Part shown: in pieces, positions 18,102 to 26,726 of the stretch | Layout of the letters: each line of letters starts with the position of its first letter | How positions within the stretch are numbered: position 1 is the first letter of the stretch | NCBI GenBank assembly: GCA_027371715.1 | Contig: DAHXMM010000028.1 | Span: forward strand, 1,253 to 65,252 | Direction: 5' to 3' | Source: Elusimicrobiota bacterium | Lineage (GTDB): Bacteria; Elusimicrobiota; Elusimicrobia; UBA1565; UBA9628 | DNA length: 64,000 nt | Notes under the pieces: model-generated | Told to the model about the DNA's origin: nothing | Databases searched by the model: none | Seen by the model: only the letters and a program-made list of their open reading frames with translations | Program-made: the position numbers and the translations under genes

Positions 18102-21035
18102 GGCCAAAGCCTGGGCGCGCTGAATAAAGACTTGATATCTTTGAGCCAAATGCGGGTTCTGATTTAAGAGAGCCGCGCTTGTAAAGTCTGAGACCGCGTT
18201 TTCATACTGCCCCATTTTCGTATAGGCCGAAGCCCGGTTAACCCAGTATCGGGTCGCCCGCGGACTGAGCTCTATCGCGCGGCTAAAAGCGGCGACGGCC
18301 TTGGAATAATTCCCAAGAGCAAAATAACCGAGCCCCAGGCCATTATAGGTTTGGGCGCTGGCCGGATCTTTTTGAACGGCTAGGGCATAATTATCCAAGG
18401 CTTTCTGAAAATCTTTTTGGAAATAGCGAAGGTTTCCGCCTAGGAAATAGGCGCGGGCGTTGTTGGGATCAAGGTTAAGAGCCGCGGTAATTTCAGACAA
18501 AGCGTCTTGATATTCCTTGCGGATGATTAAGAGGGAAGCTAACTCCAAACGATAGGAAACGTCGCGCGGAGACCCGGTAATCGCGCTCTCAAAATCGGTT
18601 TTTGCCGAATCATAAAGGTGATAGGCAATATAAACCTCTCCGCGAGCCGCTAAAATTTGGGAGTTATTCGGCAAACGACCCAAGGCCTTGGAATAGCGCG
18701 TGATGGCCTCATCCATTCGCCCGGCGTTAGCGTCGGCATCGGCTTTAATCAACAGAAGATAGGGGTCCACTTTGTCGGCCGGGGACAAAGGCGCGGCTTC
18801 GGAAATCGCGCGGTAGAAATCATCTTGGGTGTCATGCGGAATGGCAAAGCCGAAATCGGGAGAATGCGCAATCGGAAGAAGAAGGTTGGCCGCGCGGTAA
18901 TCCTCATGCGCTTGCCGGTAATGATGAGAAGCGGCATGGGCGACCGCCTTAGCCAAATATAGATGAGAATTTCTAACCCCAAGGATAATGGCGCGGTTTA
19001 AATTATCCAAGGTCTCCCGCGCTTGATGCAAGGCCAAATACGAAAGCCCGCGCTCGAAATAGGCCGGCCCATAAGAAGAATCTGCTTCCAAAGCCTGATT
19101 GCAGAAGGAAATGGCTTTTTCCGGTTTTTTAAGAATTCTTAAGGCTTCGCAAGCCCCGGTCAAAGCTTTTTTTAAATGCGGATTAATTTTCAAAGCCTCC
19201 TGAAACTTTTTTAAAGCTTCTTTTGTCTCGCCCAAAGCTCCCTCGGCCCGGGCCCAATAAATGAGATAGGAAGCATTCTTTTCGTCTAAATCGGAGGCCC
19301 GGCCCAGAAACTTCGCGGCCAGAGCGTATTGATTAGTTCTCCAATAGAAAAGCCCCTTCACATAGTAGGCCGGCGCGTATTTAGGGTTTTGAGCAAGAAC
19401 GGAATTAACATCTTTAAGGCCATTCTCCATATCTCCCAAACGGGAATAGACCTTGGCCCGGGCCGTGAGAACTAGTTTTGAGTCCATCCTCAAATTTAGA
19501 GCCCCACCCAAGGATTTGAGGGCGCTCAAAAAATCCGACATCTCATACTCAACGACGCCTAAATTATATTGGTAAACCGCCGTCTTGGGAGACAAGGAAA
19601 CCGCCTTAAGCAAATCCTTAAGCCCCTGGTCTTTTTGATGGAGCATCTCGGCTTCAATAACCCCCCGGTCGTTATAAGCCTTGGCGTTCTTTGGCTCCGT
19701 TTTGATGGCGAAATTTAAATCATCCAGGGCTTTTTCTAAATGATGAGTGGAAACGTAAAGCCCGGCCCGATCAAGACGCACGAAAACCTCTTGCGGAGCA
19801 ATTCCCGCCGCCTGGGTTAAATCATCCAAGGCCTTCGCGTTTTGGCCCTCTTTTTCTTCTATTTTGGCCCGCAAGGCCCAGGGAACGGGAGAACTCGGCC
19901 CCATCTCAATGGCCAAAGCCAAATCTTTAAGCGCGGCCTTCTCATCCCCATTTTTTCTTTCTAAATTAATTCGCCTTAAAATCGCGGTCAGAAAAATTTG
20001 AGAACAGGGGGCTTTCAGGCAAAGGCTTTCCTCAACCGCTTTGGAATAAGCCTCTTTCGCTTTTTTCAAATCTTTATTTTGGGCGAAATAATCCCCGATT
20101 TTGACGGCCTCGCCCGGCGAAAGCCAATCAAGGCCTAAAACTTTTCGATAATCTTTTTCGGCCTTTGATTTCTTTCCGCCGGCGAAATACGCGGCGGCCT
20201 GGGCCAAATAGGGTTTCTCATCCTCCCCCGCTTCTTGAACGGCGCGGTCCAAATTCTCAAAAGCGGCGGTGGTCTTGTGAAGGGAAAACTCAAGCCGGGC
20301 CAAAGCCAAATAGGGGCGATCATCATCAGGATTGAGCTTTAAGGCTTTTTGATAAGCCTCTTCCGCCCGGTCGAGATCGTTTTTTTGAACCAGAACATCT
20401 CCCAAAAGAAGATAGGCTTCTAAATCCGCCTGGTTTTTTTGAATGACCCCCAGTAAATTTTTCAAGGCTTCATCGGGTTTGCGCTCTTTATAAAGGATGC
20501 GCGCTTTCTGATAAAGATAAAGCGGCGACGGCTTGGCTTCAATTTGAAGGGCGTCGTTGATATCGCTTAAGGCTTGGTCGTATTTCCCCAGAGACTGATA
20601 GGCCAGGGCTCTTCCCGCCAAAACTTCCGGGGTTTTAATACCGCGGCTGAGAAGTTCCGCATAGGCTTTTAAGGCCAAGTTTCCTTCTTCCCGAATCTCA
20701 GAAGAAATTCCGGCGGCCAAAAGTTCGCCGCTCCGCATTTGGGAAAAGGGTTTTAAATTGTGAGAAAAAATCCAATGGGCGTTTTTAAGGGCGTGTTGAA
20801 TGTCTCCCAAATGCTCCTCAATAGAAGCCTGAAGCCCGCGCAGACGGAGCCAATCAGCCTCGACCTTGACGGCTTCGCCCGCATAGGCCAGAGCCTTTCT
20901 AAAATTGGTATTGAGATAAGCTTTGTTGGCCCTTTGATAAAGCCCGCGCGGGCGCGGCACATGAGCGGCCCAAAGAGGCGAAGAGAGAAAAATCAGCGGC
21001 CCCGCTAAAAATTTTGCTTTCGATTTTAATCCCAT
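18096..21035 (-). CDS. Large tetratricopeptide-repeat protein (979 aa)
   Basis: Signal-like N-terminus. More than 20 tandem 34-aa TPR-like units (recurrent ...A..Y..AL.L.P....A...). Confidence 0.8.
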   Translation of the reverse strand: MGLKSKAKFLAGPLIFLSSPLWAAHVPRPRGLYQRANKAYLNTNFRKALAYAGEAVKVEADWLRLRGLQASIEEHLGDIQHALKNAHWIFSHNLKPFSQMRSGELLAAGISSEIREEGNLALKAYAELLSRGIKTPEVLAGRALAYQSLGKYDQALSDINDALQIEAKPSPLYLYQKARILYKERKPDEALKNLLGVIQKNQADLEAYLLLGDVLVQKNDLDRAEEAYQKALKLNPDDDRPYLALARLEFSLHKTTAAFENLDRAVQEAGEDEKPYLAQAAAYFAGGKKSKAEKDYRKVLGLDWLSPGEAVKIGDYFAQNKDLKKAKEAYSKAVEESLCLKAPCSQIFLTAILRRINLERKNGDEKAALKDLALAIEMGPSSPVPWALRAKIEEKEGQNAKALDDLTQAAGIAPQEVFVRLDRAGLYVSTHHLEKALDDLNFAIKTEPKNAKAYNDRGVIEAEMLHQKDQGLKDLLKAVSLSPKTAVYQYNLGVVEYEMSDFLSALKSLGGALNLRMDSKLVLTARAKVYSRLGDMENGLKDVNSVLAQNPKYAPAYYVKGLFYWRTNQYALAAKFLGRASDLDEKNASYLIYWARAEGALGETKEALKKFQEALKINPHLKKALTGACEALRILKKPEKAISFCNQALEADSSYGPAYFERGLSYLALHQARETLDNLNRAIILGVRNSHLYLAKAVAHAASHHYRQAHEDYRAANLLLPIAHSPDFGFAIPHDTQDDFYRAISEAAPLSPADKVDPYLLLIKADADANAGRMDEAITRYSKALGRLPNNSQILAARGEVYIAYHLYDSAKTDFESAITGSPRDVSYRLELASLLIIRKEYQDALSEITAALNLDPNNARAYFLGGNLRYFQKDFQKALDNYALAVQKDPASAQTYNGLGLGYFALGNYSKAVAAFSRAIELSPRATRYWVNRASAYTKMGQYENAVSDFTSAALLNQNPHLAQRYQVFIQRAQALAK

Positions 21036-21110
21036 AGACTCTATATAAACACAAGTTATTAAATTTTTAAGTCATAGCCAATCTTAAATTCAGCGGAAGC
21101 GCTTTGAGGC

Positions 21111-21139
21111 TTGACAAAAATCAGAAAATCTGATATACT
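21111..21139 (+). promoter_or_regulatory. Sigma-70-type promoter with embedded palindromic operator for the TA operon
   Basis: TTGACA (21111-21116), 17 nt, TATACT (21134-21139). The spacer holds the perfect palindrome ATCAGA-AAA-TCTGAT (21120-21134). ATG of the antitoxin is 20 nt downstream. Confidence 0.7.
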
Positions 21140-21158
21140 GAATATAAGAAAAACGAAT

Positions 21159-21452
21159 ATGGCCACGCTCAGAAAAATCAACGAACGGCATCAGATCACG
21201 ATCCCCGCCGGCGTTCTTCGGGACGCTGGCCTGCCCTCCGGAGGGCTCTATTCCATCGAGGCCAAGGATGGAAAGATTATTCTAGAACCCAAGGAAATCG
21301 GCGACAAGAACCTGGAAGAAGAAGATTGGAAGGCCTTGGAGTCCATGGTCCATCGGCAAACTCATTCCGGCGAGTCGACGCTTTATCCCAATCCCCAAAC
21401 GGCGAAGAGTCATTTTAAGCGCCTGAATAAGGGTTCGGCAAGAAATAAGTGA
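21159..21452 (+). CDS. AbrB/MazE/SpoVT-family antitoxin
   Basis: MATLRKINERHQITIPAGVLRDAGLPSGGLYSIEAKDGKIILEPK is a SpoVT/AbrB swapped-hairpin motif. The stop overlaps the toxin start (GTGA). Confidence 0.8.
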   Translation: MATLRKINERHQITIPAGVLRDAGLPSGGLYSIEAKDGKIILEPKEIGDKNLEEEDWKALESMVHRQTHSGESTLYPNPQTAKSHFKRLNKGSARNK

Positions 21453-21724
21453 TTCAGGTTCGCTATCTGCGTTCCTTTGACCAGTCTTTCTTGTCTCTGT
21501 CCAAGCGGGAGCGCGCTCTCGCGGAAGACGCCGTCAAGCGGCTTCTGGATTATTTCGACGGCAAGCCTCGCCCCCTAGGGCTGGGACTTCGAAAGTCGCG
21601 GGGCTCCTTCTGGGAAATTCGCGCATCCCTGGATAAGAGAATTATTTTTATATTGGAAAAAAATCTCGCGACCTTCGTTTTGATCGGCAATCATGATGAG
21701 ATCCGGCGCGCTCTCGGCCGCTAG
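21449..21724 (+). CDS. RelE/ParE-superfamily-like type II toxin
   Basis: 91 aa, GTG start coupled to the antitoxin. Small basic protein with a ...FWEIRAS..KRIIF....N.ATFVLIGNHDE pattern typical of RelE/ParE-like toxins. Exact subfamily not resolved. Confidence 0.6.
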   Translation: MIQVRYLRSFDQSFLSLSKRERALAEDAVKRLLDYFDGKPRPLGLGLRKSRGSFWEIRASLDKRIIFILEKNLATFVLIGNHDEIRRALGR

Positions 21725-21735
21725 TGTTGTGTCCC
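21721..21735. repeat. 15-nt remnant of the MITE left end (CTAG + TGTTGTGTCCC)
   Basis: ctagtgttgtgtccc is identical to 62149-62163. Its TAG is the stop codon of the toxin gene. Confidence 0.6.
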
Positions 21736-21782
21736 ATGGGAACAAAAATGTCCCTTATCCGTATTAATTTCAAGGGGGCCCC

Positions 21783-22301
21783 ATGAATACCACAATCATA
21801 CCGGTTGGGAACATCGAACAGCGTATTTATTTTCTTCGCGGACGACGGGTCATGCTGGATCAGGATTTAGCGCGACTCTACGGCGTAAAGCTCAAAGCAT
21901 TAAACCAGGCTGTTAAGCGAAATAGAGGCCGATTCCCCAAGGACTTCATGTTCCAGTTAAATCAGAAAGAAGCGTCGGCTTCAAGGTCACAGATTGTGAC
22001 CTTGAAGCGCGGGGAAAACATCAAATATTTGCCGTATGCTTTTACCGAACAAGGAGTCGCCATGCTTTCCAGCGTTTTGCGAAGCGAACGCGCCATTCAA
22101 GTCAATATTTCCATTATGAGGACATTCGCGAAATTGAGGGAAATAATCTCATCCAATAAGGATTTGGCAAGGCGTCTTGATGAGCTGGAGGGAAAATATG
22201 ACGCTCAATTCAAGGCCGTATTCAACGCTATTCGCGAATTGATGGAGCCGCCTAAAGAGCCCCCTCGAAAAATCGGCTTTGCGCCTCCAGGTCAAAAGTA
22301 A
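21783..22301 (+). CDS. ORF6N (KilA-N-like) DNA-binding domain protein
   Basis: IYFLRGRRVMLDQDLARLYGVKLKALNQAVKRNRGRFPKDFMFQLNQKE is the characteristic ORF6N domain sequence. Coiled-coil C-terminus. Confidence 0.8.
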   Translation: MNTTIIPVGNIEQRIYFLRGRRVMLDQDLARLYGVKLKALNQAVKRNRGRFPKDFMFQLNQKEASASRSQIVTLKRGENIKYLPYAFTEQGVAMLSSVLRSERAIQVNISIMRTFAKLREIISSNKDLARRLDELEGKYDAQFKAVFNAIRELMEPPKEPPRKIGFAPPGQK

Positions 22302-22363
22302 AAAATTGGTAAAAATAAGCGTCAAGCCTTGACAAAAAAGCGGCGCGGGGTTAACCTTAGGGT

Positions 22364-24010
22364 ATGGCAACCATCATATCGAACGCTCCCATACCGGGAC
22401 TCAAGATTTCAAAAGTCGGAAGTTCGCGCAAGAAAAACAAAAAAGGCGGCGGGTTTTTCGGCTTTGGAAGCAAAGCCGCCGAGGATGCCGGAAGCCTGGT
22501 CCGCGCCCGCGCGGCCACTTCCGTATTATCGGCCGGGGCGTCCGCCGCTGGCGGCGCCGCGAGGGCCGCTCTTCCCTTCGGGGCCAAGATTTTCATGACC
22601 TTGATGCTGGGCATCGCGGGCTTTGGCGTCTATTCGGCAAGGCAAGCCTTTAACCGGCGCCCCGTAATTCCAGTTGCATCCCCCAGGGTTTTTGCGCCAC
22701 GTCCCACACCGCAAGCTCGCCCCGCTCAGGCTTCCGCGGCGCCTTCTAATCTCCCAACGGATAATCAAGGTTACAGTTCTTTAAATATGGTTCGCGGAGG
22801 ACTGCCGGAAATGCAGTCTCCGGCTCCCGCACCAGCGGAGGCCGCGGCCACGCCTCCTCCGACCTCACCCGCTTCGCCCGCTATTCCTGATATGTCGGCC
22901 TTAGCCCAAGCGGCCAAAGCCGCCAAGGGCGGAAACGGCGGCAGCCCCTTTGATTCCAAAGTTGGCCAGCTTTCCAGCGCCATGCCGAGTCTTTCCGGAG
23001 GCGGCCCCGGCCTTTCCGGCGGAGTCGGCATGCCGTTTCAGAAAATGAAAAACCCCGGTTTTCTACAAAAACCTAAAGCCATGGCCGTGGCCCAAACGGC
23101 GCCCTCGATGGGCATGGCTCACGGCGCCGGGTTTGGCGGCGTGGGCAAGGCTTTTAACCAAGCCAGAAACGCCGCGGCTTACGGCGCCGCCGCCCAAAAT
23201 TCCAACGGCGCGGGCGCGGCTTATAATTCCGGAGCTCAATTTGACAGTCCCATCGGCCAACCGGCGACCATGGGCTCCCCGCAAGGGATCGGCTCGGGAA
23301 CCGGCCTCCAAGGCGCCGCCGATGCCAACCCCTCGACCAATCCCAATGGAAGCGGCCAACCCTCTCCCGGCGGCGGAGGCGGCGGCTACGGCAACTCCAA
23401 TTACTGCCCGGGGTGCATCAACGGCAACAACAACGGCGGGAGCAATGTCACGCCGTGGGGATCGATGGCCAAATTAGCTGGAATACTCATGATGATAGCA
23501 TCAGGACTACTCCTTGCGGCATCAATAATATTGTGGTCCGGTACAGTCCAGCCCTGGCTTCTAGCTACCGCTAAATGGTTAGGATATATTGCCGCTGGTC
23601 TTGCAGCTGTTGTTGCCATCATGGGTGTAATCATTTTAGCCCAAGGCCAAACATTTCAAGGACTCATGTTTACGTTGGGCGGAGCTCTTCTTGCTTATGG
23701 CGGATATAATGTCGCGACAGCAGCATCATCAGTTGCTAGCACACAAGCTCAGGTCAATAGCCTGAACAATGCCATAAGATCTGCAATACAAATAGAGCCA
23801 GGCCCCCCAAATTTGGTGTCTATTGGTGGCCAATCTGCTCTAATATATCCTACCTCAGCACCTCCAGTCGCATTAGTCAATCAGTTTACGCTAGATCAGG
23901 CAGCACTGACAAGCGCCACCTCCTCAGCAGTAACTGCTGGTCAGGTAGGGACAGCTGCGTCCGTTGGAGGTCTTACAAGCTCTATTGGCACAGCGAATCA
24001 CTGGGCTTAA
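22364..24010 (+). CDS. Hypothetical membrane protein with a long Ala/Gly/Pro-rich low-complexity region and a C-terminal 4-TM bundle
   Basis: 548 aa: basic N-terminus, one TM (IFMTLMLGIAGFGVY), about 270 aa of A/G/P/S-rich sequence, four TM helices (about 23470-23700), then a Ser/Ala/Thr-rich tail. No family recognised. Confidence 0.6.
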   Translation: MATIISNAPIPGLKISKVGSSRKKNKKGGGFFGFGSKAAEDAGSLVRARAATSVLSAGASAAGGAARAALPFGAKIFMTLMLGIAGFGVYSARQAFNRRPVIPVASPRVFAPRPTPQARPAQASAAPSNLPTDNQGYSSLNMVRGGLPEMQSPAPAPAEAAATPPPTSPASPAIPDMSALAQAAKAAKGGNGGSPFDSKVGQLSSAMPSLSGGGPGLSGGVGMPFQKMKNPGFLQKPKAMAVAQTAPSMGMAHGAGFGGVGKAFNQARNAAAYGAAAQNSNGAGAAYNSGAQFDSPIGQPATMGSPQGIGSGTGLQGAADANPSTNPNGSGQPSPGGGGGGYGNSNYCPGCINGNNNGGSNVTPWGSMAKLAGILMMIASGLLLAASIILWSGTVQPWLLATAKWLGYIAAGLAAVVAIMGVIILAQGQTFQGLMFTLGGALLAYGGYNVATAASSVASTQAQVNSLNNAIRSAIQIEPGPPNLVSIGGQSALIYPTSAPPVALVNQFTLDQAALTSATSSAVTAGQVGTAASVGGLTSSIGTANHWA

Positions 24011-24050
24011 AATTGTGAATCAACCATATTCAATATATTGGAAGTTTGCT

Positions 24051-25232
24051 ATGGCGTGCGTTTGGTGTATGCTCTATGGCTGTATCCCTCCTGGTGAAGC
24101 TGTGCCCTATGGGAATATAACGACACCTCTTGATGCGGCGTGCATCAATAAAGACTTTGATAAAGTCCAATCACTTATAAAAAATGGAGCTAATATAAAT
24201 TACAAAAACCAAGCAGGAAACACATCCCTTATGCTTGCCGCTGAAGTAGTTGGGGATTCTGACATCGTCAAATTCCTCATCGACCACGGAGCGGACATCG
24301 GCAACCCTGAAAGCTATGCCTCCCCGCAAATGGCCGCGTTCATTCGCCAGGAATACGCCCGCGCGCATCCGGGAACCGCCGCCGCCAGCGTCACACCGGC
24401 GACCGAGCATCGGCGAAATGGGGACAGTCCGCAAGGGACAGTCCCCATTTCCGTCAACACGCCGGATTATCATTCGCAAACGCGGCCGGATGATTTCGCC
24501 ATTGTCGTCGGGGTCGAGAAATACGCCCAAAATCTTCCGCCCGCGGAATATGCCTCAAACGACGCCAAGGCCGTGTTTAAACACTTGAGAGCCTTGGGCG
24601 TTCCCGCCCGGCATATCGTTTTTCTGTCGAACGAACGCGCCGGAAAAAGCGAACTCATCAAAAATCTCGAGCGCTGGCTTCCGATGAACGTGAAATCCGA
24701 CTCCCGCGTCTATTTTTATTTCTCCGGCCACGGCGCGCCGGATCCAACCACCGGCGACGCTTACCTTCTCCCTTTCAGCGGCGACCCCTCCGATCTCGCC
24801 GACACCGCTTATCCCTTAAGCAAGCTTTACGCGCAACTCTCGCGTCTCAAGGCCCACCAGGTCGTCGCGATGATCGATTCCTGCTTTTCAGGAGCGGGCG
24901 GGCGTTCCGTGATAGCCCGGGGAACGCGCCCCTTGGTCAATCAAATCAAAGAAGGCGTCGTGTCTCCCCAGGGAAAACTCTTGGTCTTAACCGCCTCCAA
25001 AGCCGATCAGATTTCCGGGGTTTTAGACGACAAAAAGCACGGCGCGTTCACCTATTACCTTCTCAAGGGTCTTAACGGCGCGGCCCTCAACGCGCAAGAT
25101 CACGTGACGCTTCATTCCCTCTACGATTATCTCAAGCCCCAGGTCGAGGACGAAGCCCATCTTGATTCCCGCGACCAAGACCCGCAACTTTTGCCGCCTC
25201 ATTCACGAGCGGACGCGCTGAAATTGCGGTAG
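24051..25232 (+). CDS. Ankyrin-repeat / caspase-like (peptidase C14) protein
   Basis: About two ANK repeats (GANINYKNQAGNTSLMLAA...DIVKFLIDHGADIG). C14 catalytic dyad motifs YFYFSGHGAP (His) and AMIDSCFSGAGG (Cys). A possible GTG start at 24015 would give a lipoprotein-like N-terminus ending LYGC. Confidence 0.8.
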   Translation: MACVWCMLYGCIPPGEAVPYGNITTPLDAACINKDFDKVQSLIKNGANINYKNQAGNTSLMLAAEVVGDSDIVKFLIDHGADIGNPESYASPQMAAFIRQEYARAHPGTAAASVTPATEHRRNGDSPQGTVPISVNTPDYHSQTRPDDFAIVVGVEKYAQNLPPAEYASNDAKAVFKHLRALGVPARHIVFLSNERAGKSELIKNLERWLPMNVKSDSRVYFYFSGHGAPDPTTGDAYLLPFSGDPSDLADTAYPLSKLYAQLSRLKAHQVVAMIDSCFSGAGGRSVIARGTRPLVNQIKEGVVSPQGKLLVLTASKADQISGVLDDKKHGAFTYYLLKGLNGAALNAQDHVTLHSLYDYLKPQVEDEAHLDSRDQDPQLLPPHSRADALKLR

Positions 25233-25297
25233 CCTCTTGAATTTAGCCGTACTTCCCGCCGCATCTTGGATACTTTTCAGTTTCAAATCACAAAAAA

Positions 25298-25344
25298 TTG
25301 CACATTAGTTGCATTTTTTAGCTAAATTTTGCAGAATAGTTGCA
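25298..25344 (+). promoter_or_regulatory. Two 16-nt direct repeats directly upstream of the ATPase gene
   Basis: TTGCACATTAGTTGCA (25298-25313) and TTGCAGAATAGTTGCA (25329-25344) are 14/16 identical with a 31-bp period. The second copy abuts ATG 25345. Confidence 0.4.
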
Positions 25345-26499
25345 ATGTATAAACGAAGACTCAACTTAGAGTCTTGGCTTCAAAAAAAGTCCCTTTTACT
25401 CCTAGGCCCTCGCCAAACCGGGAAAAGCACCTTGGCCGCAGGTTTACCCAAGGCGCAGTATTTCGATCTTTCTGAAACCAATGTTTTTAGGGAACTCAGC
25501 GCCAGACCGGAACTTCTGCGTCAGCGCATTAAGGAAAGAACGCGGATCGTCGTCATAGACGAGGCCCAGAAACTCCCCGAGATTTTTGACGAGGTCCAAG
25601 TCATCCTTGACCGCGACAAGCAATTACGCGTTTTGATGACGGGTTCCAGCGCGCGAAAGCTTCGCCGCTCCGGCGTCAATCTCCTTCCCGGGCGCATTTG
25701 GAGAAGAAATTTGTTCCCACTGGTCTCCTCGGAATTAGGGGAGGCGAGAATTGACTTGCGCGTTCGCGCGGGTTCTTTGCCTGGAATTATCGATTCGCCG
25801 AATTTCAAGATGGAGCTTAAAAATTACGTCGGGCTCTATCTCGAGGAAGAAATTCGAGCGGAAGGCTTGACGAGAAATATTGGAGCCTTCAACCGTTTTC
25901 TAACGACCGCGGCCCTCTCCAACGCCGAACAAATCAACTATTCAAATATCTCAAGCGATGTCGGGCTTCCGCTCAACACCGTCAAAGGGTATTTCCAAAT
26001 TCTCTATGACACGCTGGTGGGATACGAGCTATCGCCTTATCGAAAAACTAAAACGAGAAAAGCCGTGGCGACGCCGAAATTTTATTTTTTCGATACGGGA
26101 GTCGTCAATGAACTGCTCGGAAGATTTGATATTGAACGCCGCGGCGATTTATTCGGCAAGGCCTTTGAGCATTTAATTTTCACGGAGATAAAAGCCGCCC
26201 TTGAGTATTTGAACTCGGATGCCCCCTTGTCTTATTGGCGGAGCCTTTCAAAATTCGAGGTGGATTTTTTGATTGGCGACGCGGTCGCAATCGAGGTCAA
26301 GGGAAAAGCCGTTGTGACTTCTCGAGATGAGCGTTCTCTTCTCGCTTTAGCCGAGGAAATTCCACTGAAAAGAAAAATCATTGTTTGCTTGGAGCCGCAT
26401 TCGCGGATGAGCGATTCGGGAGTTGAAATTCTTCCGGCGGAAGAATTTTTAACGCGGTTATGGTCGCGGCCCTCGGAGAATAGAATTTTATTTCCTTAA
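25345..26499 (+). CDS. AAA-type ATPase with DUF4143-like C-terminal domain
   Basis: Walker A LLLGPRQTGKSTL and Walker B RIVVIDEAQ. The C-terminal ...SYWRS.SKFEVDFLIGDAVAIEVK resembles the DUF4143/restriction-fold tail of COG1373-type ATPases. Confidence 0.75.
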   Translation: MYKRRLNLESWLQKKSLLLLGPRQTGKSTLAAGLPKAQYFDLSETNVFRELSARPELLRQRIKERTRIVVIDEAQKLPEIFDEVQVILDRDKQLRVLMTGSSARKLRRSGVNLLPGRIWRRNLFPLVSSELGEARIDLRVRAGSLPGIIDSPNFKMELKNYVGLYLEEEIRAEGLTRNIGAFNRFLTTAALSNAEQINYSNISSDVGLPLNTVKGYFQILYDTLVGYELSPYRKTKTRKAVATPKFYFFDTGVVNELLGRFDIERRGDLFGKAFEHLIFTEIKAALEYLNSDAPLSYWRSLSKFEVDFLIGDAVAIEVKGKAVVTSRDERSLLALAEEIPLKRKIIVCLEPHSRMSDSGVEILPAEEFLTRLWSRPSENRILFP

Positions 26500-26726
26500 T
26501 GCGGAAGTTTTGGGCCGGGGGCTCCTCCGCTCCATTTAAGGACATGGATTTGTCTCCGGAAGAATACGCTTCGACTGCGCCGTGAGAAATAAGCTGAGAT
26601 AGCGCGGAAGGGAAAACAAAGCGCCGCCGGGGTTTAGCTCTTTCCCACCGCCTCTCGATTGATGATTGCGTTTATCTTGAACTGGCCTCGCGTAAATTGT
26701 TAACTTAAAAGTAAGGAGAATTTTTT

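Noticed and set aside
22320-22364. Palindrome GTCAAG-C-CTTGAC overlapping a TTGACA hexamer upstream of the 548-aa gene, considered as promoter plus operator (with a possibly leaderless mRNA).
   Set aside because: The best -10 candidate at 17-nt spacing (TAACCT) is poor, and the geometry would leave almost no 5' UTR. There is not enough evidence to call a feature.
25298-25344. Possible sigma-54 promoters (TTGCAC-N5-TTGCA and TTGCAG-N5-TTGCA resemble TGGCAC-N5-TTGCA).
   Set aside because: Both copies lack the essential GG dinucleotide of the -24 element, and the second copy abuts the start codon. Kept only as unexplained direct repeats.
26500-26726. 227-nt non-coding gap after the ATPase gene, checked for an ncRNA or gene fragment.
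   Set aside because: It has only short imperfect stems and no recognisable RNA-family motifs. Translations in all frames are short and junk-like. A weak TTGAAC-17-TTAACT promoter for the downstream gene is the simplest explanation.
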